A DNA stretch of 64,000 nt from a virus (taxonomy: Duplodnaviria > Caudoviricetes), in IMG/VR virus record IMGVR_UViG_2920551333_000002, positions 1 through 64,000 of that record, one strand, 5' to 3'. Under the pieces are notes generated by a model that was not told the DNA's origin, searched no databases, and saw only the letters and a program-made list of their open reading frames with translations. Positions 10,096 to 17,975 of this stretch are shown here, piece after piece (position 1 is the first letter of the stretch; the number at the start of each line of letters is the position of its first letter). A program made the position numbers and the translations under genes.

Positions 10096-10335
10096 CTACT
10101 GCTGGGGGCCGTGCTCGCAGTCGTGGAGCAGGTGGTCGTCCATCGCGGCGTCGAGCAGCGCGATGCGGGTCGTGCCGCTCTCCCACGCGGCGCTGACCCG
10201 CTGGCGGCACAGCGGGCAGTCGACCTGGAACTGCCGCCCCTGGCCGGGGCTGGCCGGGATGTCGTAGTAGCCGTACGCGCGGGCGTTGCGGGCGAGCTGG
10301 CGGCGGCCCGTCCTCGTCTTCGGGTCGAGGTTCAT
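10096..10335 (-). CDS. Small hypothetical protein with CxxC
   Basis: ATG overlaps upstream stop (TAATG); DCPLCR...HLLHDC. Confidence 0.6.
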   Translation of the reverse strand: MNLDPKTRTGRRQLARNARAYGYYDIPASPGQGRQFQVDCPLCRQRVSAAWESGTTRIALLDAAMDDHLLHDCEHGPQQ

Positions 10336-10982
10336 TAGTCGCCGCCCTCGGCCTCGTCGCCGTCGAGGAGCTGGGCCTGCATCACCTCGATGACGAGGTC
10401 TCGGGGCGGCTTGGAGCCCGGCCGGAGCGCGAACACCGCGCACGTCGGCGGGCATTGCGTGGTGCGGTCGTCCTCACCGGTCGGGGTGGTGCCGCAGTGC
10501 GGGCAGGCCGCAGCCGGCCGCGTCTGGGCGACGTCGAACGTGCCGCGCTTCACGTAGTAGCGGGGCCTGCGCCCGGTGGACTGCCAGCCTTCCTCGGCCA
10601 GTTCCTTCTCCTTGGCGCGTTCCTCGTCGGTCTTCTTCCCGCCGATGTGCCGCCAGGTCCCGAGCGACGTCTCCCCCGCGACCACGCACCGGCCGACGCT
10701 CAGCCAGTAGTCGAAGCCGCCGCACCAGGTGAGCGGGCGACGCTGCGCGGCGAGCAGCGCCACGTTCTGCAGCGAGTACCCCGGGTCGTCGCTGGCGGGG
10801 TCGTACTTCCAGCCGAGGCTTGCCGCGATCGAGCGGAACTGCTCCAGCTCGGCCGGGTCGGACAGGCACAGCACGGCGTAGGCGTGCAGCACCTCCCGGG
10901 CGGCGGTGCGGTTGGCGGCGCTGCGGTCCTTCTGCGCCTGCGTGACGCGGCGACGCTTGCCGCGTTGTTTGGTGGTCGCCAT
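10335..10982 (-). CDS. ArdC-like ssDNA-binding (DUF1738-type) protein
   Basis: GYSLQNVALLAAQ...GFDYWLSVGRCVVAGE...FDVAQT resembles ArdC N-terminal domain; GGGAG RBS. Confidence 0.7.
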   Translation of the reverse strand: MATTKQRGKRRRVTQAQKDRSAANRTAAREVLHAYAVLCLSDPAELEQFRSIAASLGWKYDPASDDPGYSLQNVALLAAQRRPLTWCGGFDYWLSVGRCVVAGETSLGTWRHIGGKKTDEERAKEKELAEEGWQSTGRRPRYYVKRGTFDVAQTRPAAACPHCGTTPTGEDDRTTQCPPTCAVFALRPGSKPPRDLVIEVMQAQLLDGDEAEGGD

Positions 10983-11004
10983 GAATATTCTCCCTGTTCA
11001 GGTC

Positions 11005-11028
11005 TCTGATTGCGGTTCCGCTGTTAGC
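11005..11028. promoter_or_regulatory. 24-bp pseudo-palindrome site
   Basis: TCTGATTGCGGTTCCGCTGTTAGC upstream of ArdC-like gene. Confidence 0.75.
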
Positions 11029-11067
11029 AGGCTGACCCCGCCGTTTGGCGGGGCCAGTGTGTGGGGG

Positions 11068-11397
11068 TTAGTCCCAGGAGACGATCTCGAAGTCGTCTGG
11101 GAGGCTGACGCGGCGGCTGCACACGTCGCACTCGAAGCCGTCGCCCTCGAACGTGCTGTCGCCGCAGTACGCAGCGATTGCGCCGGGACCGACGATCTCC
11201 AGTTCGTTGCTGCGGGTGGCGACGTCCAGCTCGACGATCTGGTCAACCGCCCCGCAGTCGGGGTGCGGGCAGACCAGCACGCCGTCACGCACCAGCGCGT
11301 GAGGCTCGTCCGGGCCGAGGACGACGCCTTCGAGCGCGATCGCGTCCGGCGCCATGAATACCGGGATCGCCAGCTCAGATCCGGGCCCAGGCTCCAT
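11068..11397 (-). CDS. Zinc-ribbon hypothetical protein
   Basis: CPHPDC...CDVC; GGAGG RBS. Confidence 0.6.
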   Translation of the reverse strand: MEPGPGSELAIPVFMAPDAIALEGVVLGPDEPHALVRDGVLVCPHPDCGAVDQIVELDVATRSNELEIVGPGAIAAYCGDSTFEGDGFECDVCSRRVSLPDDFEIVSWD

Positions 11398-11545
11398 CTC
11401 TCACCTCCAGGTGCCAGATGGTGCCGGTCGCGGTGTGGCGAGCCTTGATGAGGCGGCCGCCCTCTCGGACGCGCAGCACAACGTACGAACCGTCCCGGCC
11501 CTCGACGACGTCCTCGACATGGACGGGCGCAGCGTGCTGGGTCAC
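11375..11545 (-). CDS. Small hypothetical protein
   Basis: GTGA-coupled to upstream ORF; VTQHAAPVHVEDVVEG... Confidence 0.45.
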   Translation of the reverse strand: MTQHAAPVHVEDVVEGRDGSYVVLRVREGGRLIKARHTATGTIWHLEVRDGAWARI

Positions 11546-12027
11546 CGCTGCGTCTCCGGCCCGATCGGGAGGCCGTACCGGGCGTCGGGCGGTCCGAGGA
11601 TCACCGTCACGCCCAGCTTGGCGGCGCGGGCGAGCGCGGCCGGCCCGTCCCCGGCCCACTCGCGGACCCGCCACTTGCCGCGGGTCTGGTCGCACAGGGC
11701 GTACTCGCCGTGCTCCTCGATGCGGTCGCCGTGGTGGCCGGCCGCGATGGGGCCCATCGGCCGGTATCGGTGGGTGCCGTCCGGCAGGGTCACCTTGTGC
11801 GAGCCGTGCGGCATGCAGTGGTTGCACGGCATGCAGGTGGCGGTGAACAGGTGATGATAGGTGCCGATCACCCTCTCCGTGCCCTCGATGCCCTTGACCT
11901 TCGGGCAGCCGGGGACGTGGAAGACCTTGCCGTGCGGGCCGGGGCCGAGCACGTACGCGTGTTCCCCGTCCGGGTCCCGGTAAATGACGTGGTTGAGCAG
12001 CGCCACCGTCCGGCGGATCGGCTTCAC
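11542..12027 (-). CDS. Hypothetical protein
   Basis: GTGA-coupled to neighbours; His/Cys-rich. Confidence 0.6.
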   Translation of the reverse strand: MKPIRRTVALLNHVIYRDPDGEHAYVLGPGPHGKVFHVPGCPKVKGIEGTERVIGTYHHLFTATCMPCNHCMPHGSHKVTLPDGTHRYRPMGPIAAGHHGDRIEEHGEYALCDQTRGKWRVREWAGDGPAALARAAKLGVTVILGPPDARYGLPIGPETQR

Positions 12028-12470
12028 ACCGCCACCTCGTCCTCAGCGTGGACAAACGTGGTGAACGGCGATCCCACGCTGCCGTCGTCGTAGCGGACGA
12101 CGAGCCGGACCTTCACCTCCCCGTCCGGCACGATGTCCTCCACCACCCCGGCCCGATCGCCGACGATGACCCGCTGTCCCCACCGGAACGCCGCCATCTG
12201 CTCCCGGTTGCCCCGCAGGTAGACAGACACCATGGCGAGGGGCAGCATGCCCGCGGGCGCGGTCTGGCCCGGGTACTGGAGGGCGGCTGCCAGCGCGGTG
12301 GATCCCTGGAAGGCGACGACGATCTTCCAGTCGTCGCGGATCAGGACCAGCTCGGTGGAGCTGCCGCCGGTCGGGGCGGTCGTGATCGCCCACCCGCACG
12401 CCCGCGCCTTCATGCTGATCACGCTGTGGCTGGTGATCGGGTTGACGGCGGGTCTGGCTCTCTTGCTCAT
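12024..12470 (-). CDS. Hypothetical protein, possible SH3-like C-terminus
   Basis: ATG 12470 with GAGG RBS; FRWGQRVIVGDRAGVVEDI. Confidence 0.6.
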   Translation of the reverse strand: MSKRARPAVNPITSHSVISMKARACGWAITTAPTGGSSTELVLIRDDWKIVVAFQGSTALAAALQYPGQTAPAGMLPLAMVSVYLRGNREQMAAFRWGQRVIVGDRAGVVEDIVPDGEVKVRLVVRYDDGSVGSPFTTFVHAEDEVAV

Positions 12471-12877
12471 GCGTTTCCTCTCGGGATCGAGTCGGACACG
12501 GCTCGGGCCGTGTCGTAGATGGGGTCGGGCAGGTCTGTGGGGGCGCCGCAGTGGCATAGGCCGGTGATGACGACGCCGCCGCGCAGGTCGAGCCACCACC
12601 GGTTGGAGGCGGGCCCGAAGTACCGGTCGAGCAGCAGCCCGGCGATGCGGTTGCGCGGCCGGTCGCCGGGGTGGGCGAGCTGGCCGACGATGAGGCGCAG
12701 GTGCGGGTACACCTCGACTTGGGTGATCTCGGTGTCGGTGTCGCCATCGCCGAGGGTGAGCACGCCCGACAGGTAAGGGTGGTCGAGGCGGCCGCCGTCG
12801 TCGGCCGTCAGCAGCGGCACCCGGTCACCCCAGCCCAGGTCGGTGGTGAGCAGTAGCCCGGTCACGGTGCTGGTCAC
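12467..12877 (-). CDS. Hypothetical protein (DUF3846-like)
   Basis: PRNRIAGLLL...LRGGVVITG...PTDLP; GGAGG RBS. Confidence 0.5.
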   Translation of the reverse strand: MTSTVTGLLLTTDLGWGDRVPLLTADDGGRLDHPYLSGVLTLGDGDTDTEITQVEVYPHLRLIVGQLAHPGDRPRNRIAGLLLDRYFGPASNRWWLDLRGGVVITGLCHCGAPTDLPDPIYDTARAVSDSIPRGNA

Positions 12878-12885
12878 GGCGCCTC

Positions 12886-13599
12886 CTAGCTGTCGCTCAG
12901 GTCGATGACGGCGACGGTGGTGTTGTCGCGGCCTCGGCCGCTGCGGGCCAGGTTGAGCAGCGACGCTGCGACGTACTCGCCGTCGAGGTCGAGCGCGGCC
13001 AAGCGCGCGAGGTCGTCGACCATCGCGTTCACGTGGTCGGCCCGCCCGCTGAGCGGCAGGTGCGCGGTCAGGCCGTCCGAGGCGAGGACGATGCGGGCGT
13101 AGTCGTCGGTGAGGGTGAAGGGCCGCCGGTGCGGCCAGGTCGTCCCTTCGTGTCTCTCCTCGACGTTGCAGGGGGTGCCGCAGGGGTGGCAGGACGGTGT
13201 GGTCAGGGGGACGACCGTGCCGTTCCGCATCACCGCCCAGGCGGGCGAGTCGCCGACCCAGGCGAGGTCGAGACCGCCGGGGGTGATCGCGGCGACGACC
13301 GCAGTGGTGATGCCTTCCTGGCCGGGCGGGGCCTCCTCGTTGCGCCGCTGCAGGTAGGTGCGGGCCGCGTGCAGCCCCTCCAAGCTGCTGTTGGTGGAGC
13401 CTGCGACGGCGGCGGCGATCTGCGCGCTGATCTGCGAGGCGTCGGCCGCGTCGGGGTCGTCGCCCGCGCCGTCGCACACCGCGACGGCCAACGCCCAGGA
13501 GCCGTTGAGCACGGCGACGTAGTCGGCCTGGTGGATGCGGCCGTTCTGGATGCTGTCGAAGAAGACGCGGGCGATGCCCGGCACGTACATCTGCTGCAT
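12886..13599 (-). CDS. PP2C/PPM-family Ser/Thr protein phosphatase
   Basis: HQAD, AVCDGAG, AWVGDS, LASDGL and RDNTTV motifs. Confidence 0.85.
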   Translation of the reverse strand: MQQMYVPGIARVFFDSIQNGRIHQADYVAVLNGSWALAVAVCDGAGDDPDAADASQISAQIAAAVAGSTNSSLEGLHAARTYLQRRNEEAPPGQEGITTAVVAAITPGGLDLAWVGDSPAWAVMRNGTVVPLTTPSCHPCGTPCNVEERHEGTTWPHRRPFTLTDDYARIVLASDGLTAHLPLSGRADHVNAMVDDLARLAALDLDGEYVAASLLNLARSGRGRDNTTVAVIDLSDS

Positions 13600-13610
13600 G
13601 GGAGGTCCTT

Positions 13611-13886
13611 TCAGTTGTTCCAGCCGTGCTGAGGCAGGGTGTTGAGCAGGCCGATGATCCGGGAGGCGCCGCTGCCCTTTCGGTTGGTCCTGTTCGGCTG
13701 CCACGTCATGGAGATCCGCAGGGCGCGCCCCTTGTCGGCGGAGACGTCGAGCGTCCCGAAGTACCAACCGCGGCTGAGCCGGAGCTGGTAGATGCGCCGG
13801 TACGGCGTGTCCGGGATGGTGACGGTGAACCCGTCCGCCCGAAGCCGGTTGATGATCTGGAGAGCGGTTCGGTTCGGCTGCAGCAT
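13611..13886 (-). CDS. Hypothetical protein
   Basis: AAAGGA RBS; fits leftward operon. Confidence 0.6.
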   Translation of the reverse strand: MLQPNRTALQIINRLRADGFTVTIPDTPYRRIYQLRLSRGWYFGTLDVSADKGRALRISMTWQPNRTNRKGSGASRIIGLLNTLPQHGWNN

Positions 13887-13899
13887 GAGGCTGGTCCTT

Positions 13900-14325
13900 T
13901 CAGATCTTGATGACGTTGTCCGCGCCGTGCTGCTCGCCCAGGCAGGGGCAATCGCAGACGGGGCCGCGGGCGGATCGGCAGCGGCCGTCGCACCGCTTGT
14001 CGGGGTTGGCGCCCTTGCTGGTGTCGAGCTGCCGCCAGCGGAACAGCACGTTGTGGTCGGGGCAGCGGGGCCGGTCGTCGGCGACCTGCCCGGTCCAGTG
14101 GCGGGGGTCGGTGTACAGGTGGTCGTAGACGTCGAAGAAGGACCACCAGCCGGGGTCCGCCATGCCGGAGTGCTTGGTGACCGGCTTGAGGTAGCTGCCG
14201 ACGACCCGCTGCGCGCGGTCTCGGTCGTAGTGCCGGAAGGCGGGGGTGTCGGTCACGAAACGCTGCTTGCAGCCCTTGACCGGGCAGTTGCCGAACATGC
14301 GGGTGGTTTCGATCTCTTGCGTCAA
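13900..14325 (-). CDS. Cys-rich hypothetical phage protein
   Basis: CDGRCRSARGPVCDCPCLGEQHG; AGGAGG RBS. Confidence 0.65.
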   Translation of the reverse strand: MTQEIETTRMFGNCPVKGCKQRFVTDTPAFRHYDRDRAQRVVGSYLKPVTKHSGMADPGWWSFFDVYDHLYTDPRHWTGQVADDRPRCPDHNVLFRWRQLDTSKGANPDKRCDGRCRSARGPVCDCPCLGEQHGADNVIKI

Positions 14326-14370
14326 CGTTCCTCCTGAGGGGTGTCGGCCCCGCCGTTGCGGGGCCGACGT

Positions 14371-14394
14371 TTCGATTGCGGTTACGCTTTTAGC
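14371..14394. promoter_or_regulatory. 24-bp pseudo-palindrome site
   Basis: TTCGATTGCGGTTACGCTTTTAGC. Confidence 0.75.
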
Positions 14395-14415
14395 GGCTCT
14401 ACCTGTGTTGTGTCG

Positions 14416-14913
14416 CTACTGGGCGGGGAAGTACCTCTTCTTGCACACCGGCCCGATGCCGTCGTGGACGGACTGGGCGTCGGTGAGCAGCCGGAAGCAG
14501 CAGCAGCAAATGCCGTACTGGTGGCCGAATCCGGTGGCGTCGTCGAGGGTGACCTTGTCGTCCGGGGTGAACTGGCCGGCCCGGTAGAACGAGGCGTATC
14601 GCTGAACCTTGCTGCCGACGACGCGGATCCGCTTGACGCGTAGCACGCCGGTGCGGGACTTCTTGATCTCGTAGATGTCGCCGTTCTTCTTGTAGACGCC
14701 GGGCTCGATGGTCACGGTCTCGACGGGCTTCGGCTTACGGGGCGCGCCGAGCAGGGCGCTGATCGCTTTCGACATGTTCGGGCCGGACGCCTTCCTGAGC
14801 AGGGCGATGACTTCGGGGGTGTACGGGTGGACCCGCTCCTCGACGAGGCGGTCGAACAATGCCCGCTGCCGGTCGGTCGCGGGCGCGTCGGTCTTCGTGG
14901 CGGTGGTGCTCAT
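14416..14913 (-). CDS. DUF6011-like zinc-finger protein
   Basis: C-terminal CCCCFRLLTDAQSVHDGIGPVC. Confidence 0.7.
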   Translation of the reverse strand: MSTTATKTDAPATDRQRALFDRLVEERVHPYTPEVIALLRKASGPNMSKAISALLGAPRKPKPVETVTIEPGVYKKNGDIYEIKKSRTGVLRVKRIRVVGSKVQRYASFYRAGQFTPDDKVTLDDATGFGHQYGICCCCFRLLTDAQSVHDGIGPVCKKRYFPAQ

Positions 14914-14941
14914 GGTGTCGGCCCTTCTGGAACGCAGACGA

Positions 14942-14966
14942 CCCCGCGACCGTGGCGGTCGCGGGG
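14942..14966. repeat. 25-bp GC hairpin, copy 1
   Basis: CCCCGCGACCGTGGCGGTCGCGGGG, identical to 16713-16737. Confidence 0.9.
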
Positions 14967-15020
14967 TCGTTGCCGAGTTGTTTGGTTGCGCTGCCGCTTT
15001 CGGCGCGCTGTACTGGTCTT

Positions 15021-15106
15021 TTGTGGTGCTTCTCAACCACATTAGCACCTTGAGCGCACCGGTACGGATATGCAGGGTACCAGCGCGATCACGCAATATA
15101 ACGATT
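15021..15106 (-). promoter_or_regulatory. Putative leftward promoter A (extended -10)
   Basis: Minus strand TGcTAATGT; shares TAGCAC and TATAACGATT (54-bp spacing) and TGCAGGGTACC with 17414-17500. Confidence 0.55.
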
Positions 15107-15473
15107 AGATAACGAGCATGTGCGAGCTGCGAGCCACCCCACACCTCGGGCCAGCGGCCCGCAGGACGACCGAGCTAACGCCAACCCGCCATGCAGGAAT
15201 AGCTGTGCTCCTCCGGCGGCGCGTCCCAACGCGCACCGCAGTCTCCGCACTCGTCGCCGATCTTGATGGGGAAGACGTCCTCGATGCTCTCCCCTGGCTC
15301 CATATCGTCACAAAACCGGCGATCCATGCATTTCACCCTTCTTCGGATAGCGGGCGAGTCGAGACCGCCCGGCAGGCGTTACCCTGAGATGCACTGGGGC
15401 CTCGTCGGCGACGAGGGCCAGACTTGTGGTGTTGGTGATGGCCGGGCCTGTGGCGGGCCCGGCCATCGGCGCT

Positions 15474-15794
15474 TCAGCCCTCGGGCAGGACACGCAGGGC
15501 GTTCGGGCTCACAGGCTCGACCCAGACGCCCGGAGGCAGCGGCACCGGCTCGTACACGGTCGGGTCCCCGTCCTCCGACACCCCGCCGCCGCTCGCCAAG
15601 TACGCCCAGTCGGATAGGCCGTGCCCCCAGACGATGACGCGGCCGCTGCCGCCGTCCCAGTCGGCGTGCATGACCTGCGGGGCGTAGTCGGGGTCTGCCC
15701 GGAAGTGGGCGCTGATCGCGTCGGCGATCTGCTGGGCGCTCTCGTCGGTGATCTCTGCGACGCCGGCCGGGGCCTGGTCGACGGCAACATGCAT
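15474..15794 (-). CDS. Hypothetical protein
   Basis: AAAGGA RBS; plausible composition. Confidence 0.6.
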   Translation of the reverse strand: MHVAVDQAPAGVAEITDESAQQIADAISAHFRADPDYAPQVMHADWDGGSGRVIVWGHGLSDWAYLASGGGVSEDGDPTVYEPVPLPPGVWVEPVSPNALRVLPEG

Positions 15795-15842
15795 GATTCG
15801 TTCCTTTCGGTCGAGCTGGGGCCGCTCAGGCGACCCCAGCTC

Positions 15843-15866
15843 GTTGATTGCAGTTCCGCTTTTAGC
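15843..15866. promoter_or_regulatory. 24-bp pseudo-palindrome site
   Basis: GTTGATTGCAGTTCCGCTTTTAGC. Confidence 0.75.
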
Positions 15867-16119
15867 CGGTTCGGCTGGCGAGCATCGCGTCGAACAGAGA
15901 GGTGTCGCTGGACATCGCCACGTAGATCGCCTCGTTGGCCATCTGACGACCCCACCCCTCCTCGACCAAGACCTTGGTCAGGGCTTCGCGGACGTCGCCA
16001 TAGGCGCCACCGGCCTGGACGGCCAACCGCTGGTTGTCGGCGAGGTTGAGCAGGCGCAGCGTCTCCAGCAAGTGCTCGGCGATGCCGCGCGTGCTGGTGT
16101 CTCTCGTCGGCGGGGTCAC
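15862..16119 (-). CDS. Hypothetical protein, similar to C-terminus of 16116-16688
   Basis: GTGA-coupled; IAEHLLETLR...YGDVREAL. Confidence 0.6.
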   Translation of the reverse strand: MTPPTRDTSTRGIAEHLLETLRLLNLADNQRLAVQAGGAYGDVREALTKVLVEEGWGRQMANEAIYVAMSSDTSLFDAMLASRTG

Positions 16120-16688
16120 AACTGGCCGTCCATGTACGCGATGGCCTCGGCAATGCCCTGTCCGGTCGTAAGCGCGCGGTCGATGGACTCGACCGCCAGC
16201 GAGTAGCCCACGGACTGGGTGCCGAGGAGCGTCACCAGCGCCTCACGGATCGCGGTGTAGGTGGTTCCGTAGTGCGGCCCGTACTCGACCCTGAGCGCGG
16301 CCGCCTTGCGCAGGCAGTGGAGCAGGTTGTCGGCGAGCGCGATCGGCGGCGCGGGCATCTCCGCGTCCTCGTCCAGCTCGCCGAACTCGTTGATGACGCG
16401 TTCAATGACCGTCATCTGGTCGCCGCCCGCGAGGTTGTCCAACGAGGTGTCGGCCAGGTACGGCGTGACGCCCTTGTTCCGGATGTACGCGCTGGACAGG
16501 GCCTCGAAGTGGAACGACGCCGTGTCCCGGACGCTGGCCAGGTTGTTCTCGTACTCCAGCGGCGCGGCGGCCGGCGTCAGCATGCGGGCGATCGTCGCGA
16601 GTATGTGCGTGGTGGTGCCGCCCGCGTTGCGGACCTCGGTGGCCGCGGCCTGCAGTTCGGTGCGGGTCCGGCGGGTGATCGTGTCCAT
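16116..16688 (-). CDS. Hypothetical protein
   Basis: AAGGAG RBS; helical composition. Confidence 0.65.
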   Translation of the reverse strand: MDTITRRTRTELQAAATEVRNAGGTTTHILATIARMLTPAAAPLEYENNLASVRDTASFHFEALSSAYIRNKGVTPYLADTSLDNLAGGDQMTVIERVINEFGELDEDAEMPAPPIALADNLLHCLRKAAALRVEYGPHYGTTYTAIREALVTLLGTQSVGYSLAVESIDRALTTGQGIAEAIAYMDGQL

Positions 16689-16712
16689 GTGTTTCTCCTT
16701 GGAAATGCGTGG

Positions 16713-16737
16713 CCCCGCGACCGTGGCGGTCGCGGGG
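16713..16737. repeat. 25-bp GC hairpin, copy 2
   Basis: Identical to 14942-14966. Confidence 0.9.
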
Positions 16738-16759
16738 CCGGATTGGGTTGATGGGGTGG

Positions 16760-17374
16760 TCAGGACTTGGCGGACAGGTCGTACGCCGACAGCACTTCAC
16801 CGGTTGCGGGGTGCATGAACGCCCAGCTCACGGTGTGGCCGGGGTGGTCGGCGGCCAGCTTCTTGATCTGATGCATGACCCGGAAGATCTGCGCCCCGGC
16901 GGACGGGACGAGCAGCGTCCGGCCTTCCTTCTGCACGAACTCGATCAGGTCGACGCGCTCGGTGTCGTCGGGCAAGGCCGGGGTGACGGTGACCCGCTGG
17001 TCTGCCGCGCCACCGTCTGAAAGCAGTTCCGCTAGTGGCGTGCCGCGCTCGTCGGTGTGGTCGCAGAACCGGCACGCGACGTACAGCGCAGAGGTGAGGA
17101 CTCCGGCGACTGCGACATCGGGCAGGTCGTCGTAGGTGACGCCGTCCCAGATGTCGACCCCGAGGGGGGCGGTCTCGTCCATCGCGGCGGTGGCGGCGGC
17201 ACCGAACACGCGGTCGTGAGCGCGTTCCAGGAGGTGGTCCCAGTTGCCGCTGCTGAACTCTGTGGCGTTGGCGGCGGCCGAGAAGACCAGCGCGTCGAGC
17301 ATGTGACTCGTGGTGGCGCCTGCTCGTTGTGAGTCGAGGAGCATGGTGTACGGCGGGGGGATCGTGGCGGTCAC
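16760..17374 (-). CDS. Hypothetical protein, first gene of the leftward early operon
   Basis: GAAGGA RBS; CxxC. Confidence 0.6.
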   Translation of the reverse strand: MTATIPPPYTMLLDSQRAGATTSHMLDALVFSAAANATEFSSGNWDHLLERAHDRVFGAAATAAMDETAPLGVDIWDGVTYDDLPDVAVAGVLTSALYVACRFCDHTDERGTPLAELLSDGGAADQRVTVTPALPDDTERVDLIEFVQKEGRTLLVPSAGAQIFRVMHQIKKLAADHPGHTVSWAFMHPATGEVLSAYDLSAKS

Positions 17375-17413
17375 GGCGTTCCTTCCGGCGTTTTGGCTGG
17401 TCAGCGGTGGTGC

Positions 17414-17500
17414 TTGTGGTGTTACGTCTTCGACGCTAGCACGTGCAGGGTACCGACACGTACATATGGGGTATCGGTGATCGCTTCGCTTATAACGATT
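17414..17500 (-). promoter_or_regulatory. Putative leftward promoter B (extended -10)
   Basis: Minus strand TGcTAGCGT; homologous to 15021-15106. Confidence 0.55.
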
Positions 17501-17621
17501 TGGTCAACGCGTCAGACGCATCCTAAGCGGTCCGATGCTCGTGACGCGTCAGATGCACCAGACGCACACCGATAGCGCGTCTCCGTCCACCTCAGGGACG
17601 CACAGACCCATTCACGGACCT

Positions 17622-17975
17622 TCACTCACGCACGCCCCCGGCTTTACGTGGTACATCCGAATTGTCGTTTTGTCGGTCGGTCCGCTCCAGCCGTGCCCGC
17701 ATCCGCGCCCGCGCCAACGCCACCCGCCGCCGCTCCGCCTCCTCATCCACCACCTCCCGCTCCGGCTCCGGCGACACCGCCTCCACCAGCCGAGGCAGCG
17801 CCGCCACCGCCTCCTCCGCCTGTTCGTCGACCCACTTCCACCACCACTCCCCCACCTCACGACCCGGCCGCGCCGACTCGAGCTCGCGAACACGCATCGC
17901 CCGAGCGGCCCCCGGCGACGACCGCGCCAGCAGCTTCCGCGCCCGCTCCGCATGATCGGCGTACGACTCACTCAC
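17622..17975 (-). CDS. Hypothetical protein coupled to rep
   Basis: Overlaps rep stop; charged helical sequence. Confidence 0.55.
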   Translation of the reverse strand: MSESYADHAERARKLLARSSPGAARAMRVRELESARPGREVGEWWWKWVDEQAEEAVAALPRLVEAVSPEPEREVVDEEAERRRVALARARMRARLERTDRQNDNSDVPRKAGGVRE

